From Acidobacteriota bacterium (lineage in GTDB: Bacteria > Acidobacteriota > UBA6911): 64,000 nt of DNA. A model generated the notes under the pieces. That model made no database searches. It saw nothing but the letters and a program-made list of their open reading frames with translations, and was not told where the DNA came from. The stretch covers positions 6,464,001-6,528,000 of the forward strand of contig OY761556.1 of the NCBI GenBank assembly GCA_963664705.1. The letters run 5' to 3'. Positions 56,562 through 64,000 of the stretch are shown here, in pieces. Made by a program: the position numbers and the translations under genes. The number at the start of each line of letters is the position of its first letter. The first letter of the stretch is position 1.

Positions 56562-56804
56562 ATGAAACAGCAAGCTTTGTGGAAAATCTCGGATGTTGCC
56601 CAGTATTTGGGCATTCCGTTGAAAAGCGTTTACAGCATGACTAGTCCTAAGGCCGTAATCCGGATACCTCATATAAAGATTGCCGGAAAGGTGAGGTTTC
56701 GGAAGGCGGACATCGACCTGTGGTTGGATCAGTGCACGGTGGTAACCGGCAATTTCCTCACAAATATTCCTGCAGAAATCGGCGGGAGGTTTAACCGGAA
56801 CTGA
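56562..56804 (+). CDS. Excisionase-like HTH_17 protein
   Basis: WKISDVAQYLGIPLKSVY...IPHIKIAGKVRFRKADIDLW. Confidence 0.82.
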   Translation: MKQQALWKISDVAQYLGIPLKSVYSMTSPKAVIRIPHIKIAGKVRFRKADIDLWLDQCTVVTGNFLTNIPAEIGGRFNRN

Positions 56805-56878
56805 TTCCATCCACAATTGGATAAGCCAATTTCATTATTTCGGGCCAAGTTGATTGGCCAGATTGGAGAGTTGCGAAT

Positions 56879-57193
56879 TTGAATAAGGAGAAAATTGTTT
56901 TTCCTGATCCAGGAACGATTGCGCCGGAAAATATTGCGTCGGTTATGGCGCAGATGGCAGCAATCCAGATGAGCCTGGCAACACGTCTCGTTTCTGAAAA
57001 CACAGAACGCCCGCAGCCGGATGTAGATAACCTGCTAACGGTGGAGGAGGCGGCAGTCAGGCTGAAATGCTCTGAAGACTGGCTCTACAAAAGGGCTAGT
57101 CAATTGCCGTTCACAGTCCGGGTTGGCCGAAATCTGCGTTTCAGTGAGCAGGGGATTGAGGCGGCCATTCGCTCCGGCAGGAGGTTCGCTTGA
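56879..57193 (+). CDS. Second excisionase-like HTH_17 protein
   Basis: LLTVEEAAVRLKCSEDWLY...LPFTVRVGRNLRFS. Confidence 0.8.
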   Translation: MNKEKIVFPDPGTIAPENIASVMAQMAAIQMSLATRLVSENTERPQPDVDNLLTVEEAAVRLKCSEDWLYKRASQLPFTVRVGRNLRFSEQGIEAAIRSGRRFA

Positions 57194-58473
57194 ATAGCGG
57201 CAATAAGGACCTAAACAGTCCTCACCAAGTACATGCCGACCTAAAAGACCGTATGTACGGTGACGGAACACTTTACCGAAAGCCTCGAAGTCCTTTTTGG
57301 CATATGCAGTATTATCTTCGGGGTAAACGTTTCAGAGAATCTACAAAAGAGCGGAGCCATGAAAAAGCTCTCAAGGTATTGCGCCGCAGATTGAAAGAGG
57401 TTGGCGCGGATCAGATTGGAGCTAAAAAATTTGTCGGGCCGCGAGGCGAGCGGGTCACGGTGAGCGAAATTCTTGATGCTCTCGTGACCGATCTTGAGGT
57501 TCGGGAAAAGCTGTCTCCGCAAGCTAAATCGAAGTTGGCTCCTGTCCGCGAAGTGCTCGGTCGAATGCCTGCGATGCAGGTCGATGATGATTTGATTCGT
57601 AGTTATATTCGAGTTCGATTGCTGGGGGCATCAAATGTAGCAGCTGAAAAAACCAAGGGCATTCAGTATCAGATCGCGCTTGCACTGATACGCGCAAAAC
57701 GATTGCGTCCGGTCTCAAATGCAACGGTTAACCGAGAAATGGGATATCTCAGTCAAGCCTACAATCTAAAAACAAAGATGGTTGGCCAATCGCCAACAAT
57801 TCCGAAACTTGATGAACGCATTCGTGAGGGATTTTATGAACGTGCTGAGTTTGAACTCATTCTGCAACATCTTCCCGAAGATCTCCGGGATTTCGCTCGT
57901 TGGGGATACTTGACGGGATGGCGCAAAGGGGAAATCTCCTCGCTACGTTGGAATGAGCTTAATATGGAAACACGGCAGCTTCGGCTGCGAGCTCAATTTT
58001 CCAAGAATGGAGAATCCCGCATTGTCCCACTGATGGGAGAGTTGTGGGAAATCATACAGCGGCGCTCGGCAGCCAGATGCTTCGAAGGGGAGAGCAAAGA
58101 GATAATTATTTCGCCTTTGGTTTTCTTTCGTCTAAAAAGCCGTGGAGTACCCGAATCAGGAGCGCCGGTTAAAGAGTTTAGAAAAACCTGGAAAGTTGCC
58201 TGTGATGCAGCGGAGAAGCCGGATGCCCTGTTTCACGATTTTCGCAGGACCGCAGTTCGAAATATGATTCGGGCTGGAGTTGATCGCAAAGTCGCGATGA
58301 TGATCTCCGGACACAAAACCGAGTCTGTCTTCAATCGCTATAACATTACTGATGAGCGCGATCTTGAGGAGGCAATCCGCAAGACCGACGCATATGTTTC
58401 GCAACTTCCAAAGGAACGCGAAAACCTGACTAAAAATGGACAGAAATCCAAGAAAGGAAAGCGTTCCAAATGA
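57190..58473 (+). CDS. int: Tyrosine integrase
   Basis: TGWRKGE, HDFRR, SGHKT and RY catalytic motifs; adjacent to the tRNA 3' end. Confidence 0.93.
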   Translation: MNSGNKDLNSPHQVHADLKDRMYGDGTLYRKPRSPFWHMQYYLRGKRFRESTKERSHEKALKVLRRRLKEVGADQIGAKKFVGPRGERVTVSEILDALVTDLEVREKLSPQAKSKLAPVREVLGRMPAMQVDDDLIRSYIRVRLLGASNVAAEKTKGIQYQIALALIRAKRLRPVSNATVNREMGYLSQAYNLKTKMVGQSPTIPKLDERIREGFYERAEFELILQHLPEDLRDFARWGYLTGWRKGEISSLRWNELNMETRQLRLRAQFSKNGESRIVPLMGELWEIIQRRSAARCFEGESKEIIISPLVFFRLKSRGVPESGAPVKEFRKTWKVACDAAEKPDALFHDFRRTAVRNMIRAGVDRKVAMMISGHKTESVFNRYNITDERDLEEAIRKTDAYVSQLPKERENLTKNGQKSKKGKRSK

Positions 58474-58610
58474 TGTTTTTCGCAAAACCGCCACACAACC
58501 GCCCCACTAAGGGATTTTTGGCACATTTTTGCGTAAAAACGTTGCTTCTAAGATGTACAGTTGATCAGGGTTTAATTCTTAAGAATCTGGGGTTTATAGG
58601 TGAGTATGTT

Positions 58611-58687
58611 TGGTAGCGACGGGTGGAATCGAACCACCGACCTTGGGGTTATGAATCCCACGCTCTAACCGTCTGAGCTACGTCGCC
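58611..58687 (-). tRNA. tRNA-Met (CAT), probable ICE attachment site
   Basis: GGCGACGTAGCTCAGACGGTTAGAGCGTGGGATTCATAACCCCAAGGTCGGTGGTTCGATTCCACCCGTCGCTACCA; cloverleaf with encoded CCA. Confidence 0.95.
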
Positions 58688-58889
58688 CCATCTGCGGTAA
58701 GTCAAAAACAACAGGCCCATCATTTTGCTGACTTCGCCGCCGCTTTTCAAGCACAAATCACCAGATATTCAAAACTCCCGCCCCTCCCGCCAAACTCCAT
58801 CAACCCACCATCCCCAAAGCCGTCGCCCCGCCACACTTGCCACGGAACCCTTTTACTAGCTCATTCGTATTAGGCGCGGAGGAAAAACT

Positions 58890-61316
58890 ATGGCAGATCA
58901 GCCCTGGCAATGGCCCGTGCCCGAGTCCAGCGCCACTATTCAGAAGACCATGAGCCGCCAGGACGGCCACGACCGCGTCTCCGGACACGCGGCCTATACG
59001 CGCGATATCGCTTTCCCGGGGATGCTGCACGCAAAAATCCTCACCTCTCCCCACGCTCACGCAAAAATCGTCAAAATGGATACCAGCCGCGCCGAAGCGC
59101 TCGTCGGCGTGCGCGATATCCTGCGCTATGACGATCCCGCCATCGCCAAAGACGGCGGCGCCGGAACCGATACCGCCATGTATTACAGCATCCTGACTCT
59201 GCCCGGTACGAGCGACTTCTTCCAGCACCCGATGGGCGTCGCCGTCGTCGCCGACAGCGAGGAAATCTGCGACCGCGCCCTGCGCCTGATCCGGATAGAA
59301 TGGGAAGAGCAGCCGTTCATTCTCGATATGGAAACTTCCGCCAAGGCCGATGCGCCCAAAATCATGCCCGAAGTAAAGCGCATGACTTTCGGTCCCTCAA
59401 AAACCACCGGCAATGTCGTGATGACCGAAAAAAGGGAAATCGGCAGCGTGGAAAAAGGGTTCGCCGAGGCCGACAAGGTCCTCGAATACACCATCCAACG
59501 CGCCATGAACTCGCCGGCCGGCGTGGAACCGATGGCCTGCGTCGCCCAGTGGCGCAACGACTTCCTCGACCTGTGGGTCCACCACCAGGCCAATCCGCAA
59601 AGCAACCTCAGCGCGCAGCCGATGGCCATGTTCCCCGCCGGCTTCGGCATGAACAGCTCCGCGCCTCCCTTCACCCACTGGTCCAAGATCACCGTCCGCT
59701 TTCCCTACCAGGGATCCTGGTTCGGAGGCCTCGCCTGGCTCGCCTACTCCACCCTCTTCGTCCGCCTGGCCGTGATCCTCGCGAAGCGCGCCGACGGGAA
59801 ACCGGTGAAGGTCTATTACGACGAAAGCAGTTTCTACTGCGGCGGCGATGAAGCAGGGAAGTACACCTGCAAAGTAGGCGCCAGGAAAGACGGCACCATC
59901 ACCGCCTACCACTGGCATATGTCCGGCGCGCGCAACCCCGCCGTCGACAAGACCTACGAATGCACGCGCATCCCCAACATACTCGGAACCCAGGAATGGG
60001 CGTTCACCAACAGAGGCCACCAGGCCTGCTTCCGGCACGGCGCCGCCGCCTGCGTCCCGCACAACGTCATGTTCGACCGCGTGGCCGCCGAGTTCGGCCT
60101 CGATCCGACCGAAGTCGCGCTGAAGAACGACGGATGCCAGGGACATGACTGGGATTTCATCACACAGTACCAGAAAGAAAACGGCTTTCCGCAGCGGCAC
60201 AGCCTGAAGGAAGTCATCGCGATGGGCCGGAAGGCGATCGACTGGGATAGGAAATGGCATAAGCCCGGCACACGCAAACTGGACAACGGCAGATTCCACG
60301 GCCTCGGTTTCACCTCGATCAATGAATGGCACTGGGGCGCCGGCATGATGTCCTTCCCCTCCTACGCCTGCCTGATGTTCTGCGAAGGGAAAGTCACGAT
60401 CATCGGCACCCGCTGCGATATGGGCATCGATACCGAGTCCGGGTATCGACACTGCGTCGCCGCAGAGCTCGGCATGAAGTACGAAGACGTCCTCGTCCAG
60501 GAACAGCAGTCCGATAACAGCGCTTACAGCCTGGCCCAGCCCGCCGGCTCCGGCGGAACCGTCAACGCCGCGCAGCAGTTGGTCATCGCCGCCCGCGAAC
60601 TGAAACGTAAACTCCTCGAACGCGCCGCCATGCCCATGATGGGGTTTCCTATGATGGGCGGAGCTTCCAGTCAGCCTTCGAAAAAGCCGGAAGACTTCGA
60701 GATCAAAGACAGCATGGTGTTCGAAAAAGCCAATCCTGAGAAGCAACGGCCGTTGGCCCAGGTGGTCGGAGGCTTTGGAGGGTTCGGCGGCAACGCCATC
60801 ATCGTTCACCCCGAAGCCAATGGTTCCATGGGCATGTTTTCATTCGGATCCATGGGGCAACGACAGTATGTCATGAGCCGGCAAGCCCACTTCATCGAGG
60901 TCGAAGTCGACGCCGAGACCGGGCTGGTGCTCGTAACTAATATCGTTTGCGTCAACGATGTCGGCCACCTCTTCAACCGGCGCGGCGCCGAAGGACAACA
61001 GTATGGCGGCGCCATCATGGGAATCGGAAAGAGTGCCACGGAAGAAAAAATCTATTGCCCGAAAACCGGCGTCGGGTTGAACCTGGATCACATTCACTAT
61101 CACATCGGGACGATGAATGATTATCCTGCGGTCGAATGCCTCCTGAATGAAAGCCATCTCGGGTACGGGGTCTATGGATCCAACGGGATCGGTGAAAATA
61201 TCGGGGCCAGCATGGCGGCGATTACGTCTTCGGCTGTCTATAATGCGATAGGAAAGTGGATCGAGGAATATCCCATTACACCCGATAAGGTTCTGCGCGC
61301 CATGGGTACGATATAG
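58890..61316 (+). CDS. Xanthine dehydrogenase/aldehyde oxidoreductase family molybdopterin-binding subunit
   Basis: RVSGHAAYTRD, SPHAHAKI, EVEVDAETG, NDVG, GIGE, YPITPDKVL. Confidence 0.9.
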   Translation: MADQPWQWPVPESSATIQKTMSRQDGHDRVSGHAAYTRDIAFPGMLHAKILTSPHAHAKIVKMDTSRAEALVGVRDILRYDDPAIAKDGGAGTDTAMYYSILTLPGTSDFFQHPMGVAVVADSEEICDRALRLIRIEWEEQPFILDMETSAKADAPKIMPEVKRMTFGPSKTTGNVVMTEKREIGSVEKGFAEADKVLEYTIQRAMNSPAGVEPMACVAQWRNDFLDLWVHHQANPQSNLSAQPMAMFPAGFGMNSSAPPFTHWSKITVRFPYQGSWFGGLAWLAYSTLFVRLAVILAKRADGKPVKVYYDESSFYCGGDEAGKYTCKVGARKDGTITAYHWHMSGARNPAVDKTYECTRIPNILGTQEWAFTNRGHQACFRHGAAACVPHNVMFDRVAAEFGLDPTEVALKNDGCQGHDWDFITQYQKENGFPQRHSLKEVIAMGRKAIDWDRKWHKPGTRKLDNGRFHGLGFTSINEWHWGAGMMSFPSYACLMFCEGKVTIIGTRCDMGIDTESGYRHCVAAELGMKYEDVLVQEQQSDNSAYSLAQPAGSGGTVNAAQQLVIAARELKRKLLERAAMPMMGFPMMGGASSQPSKKPEDFEIKDSMVFEKANPEKQRPLAQVVGGFGGFGGNAIIVHPEANGSMGMFSFGSMGQRQYVMSRQAHFIEVEVDAETGLVLVTNIVCVNDVGHLFNRRGAEGQQYGGAIMGIGKSATEEKIYCPKTGVGLNLDHIHYHIGTMNDYPAVECLLNESHLGYGVYGSNGIGENIGASMAAITSSAVYNAIGKWIEEYPITPDKVLRAMGTI

Positions 61317-61329
61317 ATACCAGGACCTC

Positions 61330-61853
61330 ATGGTTCGTGGAATTCGTGGAATTTGTGGCAGATTTGCAGCTGATTTTTTTGCCACGAATCTCACGAATTG
61401 CACGAAAGCTTCCCGTTTAGCCCTGCGAGATGGGAAGACGTATCGTAAACGTGGTTCCTTTCGCCGAGCTTGCAACCTCGATCTTTCCACCGGCACGCGC
61501 CACGATGGTTCGTGGAATTCGTGGAATTTGAGGCGGATTTGCAGCTGATTTTTTTTGCCACGAATTTCACGAATTGCACGAAACTTCCCGCTTAACCCTG
61601 CGAGATGGGAAGACGTATCGTAAAGGTGGTTCCTTTCGTCGAGCTCGCGACCTCGATCTTTCCGCCGGCACGCGCCACGATAGTTCGTGGAATTCGTGGA
61701 ATTTGTGGCGGATTTGCAGCTGATTTTTTTGCCACGAATTTCACGAATTGCACGAAGCTTCCCGTTTAGCTCTGCGAGATGGGAAGACGTATCGTAAAGG
61801 TGGTTCCTTTCGTCGAGCTTGCGACCTCGATCTTTCCGCCGGCACGCGCCACG
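61330..61853. repeat. Three tandem ~175-bp units (REP-like hairpin plus copy of the histidine kinase 3' end)
   Basis: Units start at 61330, 61505 and 61680. Each has ttcgtggaattcgtggaatttg...gccacgaat(t/c)tcacgaattgcacgaa and the last 30 codons of the kinase gene. Confidence 0.92.
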
Positions 61854-63742
61854 ATGCCATGAACAATCGACAGCCCCAGCCCCGTCCCTTTCCCGACCTT
61901 CTTGGTCGTGAAGAAAGGTTCGAAGATGAGCGGCAGGATGTCGTCCGGAATCCCTTTCCCTGTGTCGCTGATTCCAATCAGAATCTCCGAGGTCTTCTCG
62001 ACCCGGGACGTCTCGATCGTGAGAACTCCGCTCTCCTCCATCGCGTCGGCCGCATTAATAAAGATATTGATGACGACCTGCTGCAGCTGTCCCGCGTCGA
62101 TCAGCACGGGTGGCAGGCTGGGCGCGAAGCGCCGCACCGTCCGGATATTCTGAAAACTTGCCTGGTTTTCCAACAGCAGCAGCGTTTTGTCGATCACCGA
62201 ATTCACTTCGGTCAGCGATGGCGCTGAATTGGTTTGCCGCGCAAAATCGAGCAGCCCTTTCACGGTTTCGCGGCAGCGCAGCGTCTGTTTAACGATGACC
62301 TCCAGGCTCTGCTTCATCGGGTGGTCCGCATCGCAATCCTCGAGCGCGAGCATGCTGAACGTCAGGATCCCTCCGAGCGGATTGTTGATCTCGTGCGCGA
62401 CTCCCGCGGCCAGGCGGCCGATGGAGGCCAGCTTCTCCGACTGCGCCATCTGCGTTTGGACGGCGACGAGTTCCTCGGTGCGCTTGTTCACCTTTTCCTC
62501 GAGCGTGCGCCCCCACTCCTCGAGTTCCAGCTTCATGGTTTTGATGCTGGCTAGCATCTTGTTGAACGAGTTGGCGAGAATCCCGATCTCATCCCTGGAT
62601 GAAACGCTGACCGACTGGTCCAGGTCTCCGGCCGCAATCCGGTTGCTGGCCCGGGCAATCTCTTCGAGCGGCAGGATCATGCTGCGCGTGATGAAGAAGG
62701 TAATCCCCAGCACCACCAGGACACCCGCGCCGGCGACCAGCAGGAAGGTCACCATCATGGAGGTTCGGACGGCCAGGAATGGACTCTCCGGTACCCCGAC
62801 GTACAGGATGCCGACAATCCGGTTCGCATGGTTGCGAATCGGCTCATAGGCCGTGAGGTGCCAGCTGCCTCCGATGTTTCCGCGGCTGAAAAACCGGCTC
62901 CCCTGCGCGAGAACCGCATCCGGGATTTCCGACGGCACACGCGTTCCAAGTTCGTGACCCGAAGCGCCGGTCGCGCTCGTGGCAATCCGCACCTCTCCCA
63001 TGAAAATGGAAACGGTCTCCGTCGAGCTGCTGTCATTTTCCTTGGCCCCGAAAACGAACTCATTGATCTGGTTGACCAGGTCGTCGTTCCGGTTCAGCAG
63101 AATCCCGCCATAGAGGACGCCGGCGATCCCTCGATCCGTACGCACAGGGGCTGACGCCACCAGTACCATGCCCTGGTCTACCAGGGCTTGAGATCTGCCC
63201 GCCCCGGGCACCGGCGCCAGCTTGATCTGCGCTTTCTCGGCCAGCACTGGATCCTCCTGGAGCAGCGCTTCCCGGCTGAACAGCTCGGTGCCCGCCAGGA
63301 CCCTGCCGGATTCGGCCTCGTTGATGTAGTCCGCCATGGGAATGGCCGCTTTGCCTGCCTGTTCCAGTTGCGGACGCGAGGCGCGCGCAACCGTCCCATC
63401 CCGCGACTCGATGAAGGTCAGGAAATGGAGGTTGTTGTTGTCGCGAACGCGCGCGAGAACCGACGGAAAGCTGTCCCTCTGGTTTGCGCGCAGCGCAATG
63501 GCCAGTTGTTCCGTCTCGGCCGCGCTCACAATCGATTTGCGGATTGTTTCCAGCCGGTTGTCGTAGACCATGTCCGCCGCCTGCAGGCCGCGGTGGATCT
63601 GCTTGAGCGCTTCATTGAGCATCGCCCGCGTGATGATCTTCGAGCCCAGGAAGGTGGAGATGGCGGTCCCGCAGATCACAATCATGACAAAGCTGACCGT
63701 GACCTTGGTGCGAAGCGAAAAGTCTCGAAGGAAGCTGAACAT
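61766..63742 (-). CDS. Cache/HAMP sensor histidine kinase
   Basis: Two TMs, HAMP, AHEINNPL, NAADAM, DTGKG, FEPFFTTK, GTGLGL. Confidence 0.93.
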   Translation of the reverse strand: MFSFLRDFSLRTKVTVSFVMIVICGTAISTFLGSKIITRAMLNEALKQIHRGLQAADMVYDNRLETIRKSIVSAAETEQLAIALRANQRDSFPSVLARVRDNNNLHFLTFIESRDGTVARASRPQLEQAGKAAIPMADYINEAESGRVLAGTELFSREALLQEDPVLAEKAQIKLAPVPGAGRSQALVDQGMVLVASAPVRTDRGIAGVLYGGILLNRNDDLVNQINEFVFGAKENDSSSTETVSIFMGEVRIATSATGASGHELGTRVPSEIPDAVLAQGSRFFSRGNIGGSWHLTAYEPIRNHANRIVGILYVGVPESPFLAVRTSMMVTFLLVAGAGVLVVLGITFFITRSMILPLEEIARASNRIAAGDLDQSVSVSSRDEIGILANSFNKMLASIKTMKLELEEWGRTLEEKVNKRTEELVAVQTQMAQSEKLASIGRLAAGVAHEINNPLGGILTFSMLALEDCDADHPMKQSLEVIVKQTLRCRETVKGLLDFARQTNSAPSLTEVNSVIDKTLLLLENQASFQNIRTVRRFAPSLPPVLIDAGQLQQVVINIFINAADAMEESGVLTIETSRVEKTSEILIGISDTGKGIPDDILPLIFEPFFTTKKVGKGTGLGLSIVHGIVARAGGKIEVASSTKGTTFTIRLPISQS

Positions 63743-63809
63743 GCGTTCCCAGGTTCAGGTTGCAATGCGGGTTAAAGGTTTGCGGTTTCAGGCTTGCGCC
63801 TGGAACCGC

Positions 63810-64000
63810 TCAAGCTTTGGTTGCCGCAATCGGCAGTTTCACGGTGAAGACCGTCGATTCGCCTTCGGTGCTTTCGACCGTGATCGACCCGCCCAGTTCA
63901 TCCGTGATTTTCCTGCAGATGACCAGGCCGAGGCCGGTGCCCGGAATGTCTTCCGTCGCCGGAGACTTGATGCGATAAAACTCTTCAAACAGGTTTGGCC
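63810..64000 (-). CDS. Histidine kinase C-terminal HATPase (partial, runs off window end)
   Basis: Manual translation LFEEFYRIKSPATEDIPGTGLGLVICRKITDELGGSITVESTEGESTVFTVKLPIAATKA*. Confidence 0.88.
   Translation of the reverse strand, partial: PNLFEEFYRIKSPATEDIPGTGLGLVICRKITDELGGSITVESTEGESTVFTVKLPIAATKA

Larger units (their letters stand above)
1..58610. mobile_element. Integrative conjugative element (MobF, VirB-type T4SS, Tyr integrase) at tRNA-Met; left end not seen
   Basis: Integrase next to the tRNA 3' end, relaxase, coupling protein and VirB genes, defence cargo, and a visible GC increase after ~58700. Inclusion of 1-12300 is inferred because no att duplicate was found by eye. Confidence 0.85.

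Noticed and set aside
56493-58473. Prophage
   Set aside because: No capsid, terminase or tail genes; the linked genes are conjugative.
59397-60809. 470-aa antisense ORF, and similarly 49636-50517
   Set aside because: Antisense shadows of well-supported genes with no recognisable motifs.
61330-61853. Possible CRISPR array
   Set aside because: Whole 175-bp units repeat with no unique spacers, and no cas genes are present.

Overview
About 58.6 kb of this window is a lower-GC integrative conjugative element (ICE). It ends at the 3' end of a minus-strand tRNA-Met(CAT) (58611-58687), next to two xis-like genes and a tyrosine integrase. The remaining ~5 kb is higher-GC host chromosome: a molybdopterin oxidoreductase subunit, a 3x175-bp tandem repeat and two histidine kinases. 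The gene families suggest an Acidobacteriota-like host (inference). The ICE backbone has a + strand operon (VirB11, RepB-type primase, MobF relaxase, HTH/ParA-like pair, coupling protein, ArdC) and a - strand VirB2-3-4-5-6-8-9-10 operon. Cargo is mostly defence: a Druantia-like druBCDE operon (druE runs off the window and is absent from the ORF track) with a divergent MORC-ATPase/druA pair; a LexA-methylase-nuclease cassette; IetAS; and a CapH/CapP-type regulated Ubl-E2/JAB-E1 ubiquitin-like system. The most striking signal is one 32-46 bp ECF-type promoter motif placed in the sense orientation before each of the three mobility operons (13347, 39645 on the - strand, 56448). The element also encodes a divergent ECF sigma, a zinc-binding membrane anti-sigma, and a TonB receptor/secreted TPR-CHAT protease/PhoD operon. 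Together these suggest an ICE whose excision and transfer are switched on by a caspase-like protease/anti-sigma/sigma cascade. This is a hypothesis, not a demonstrated result.
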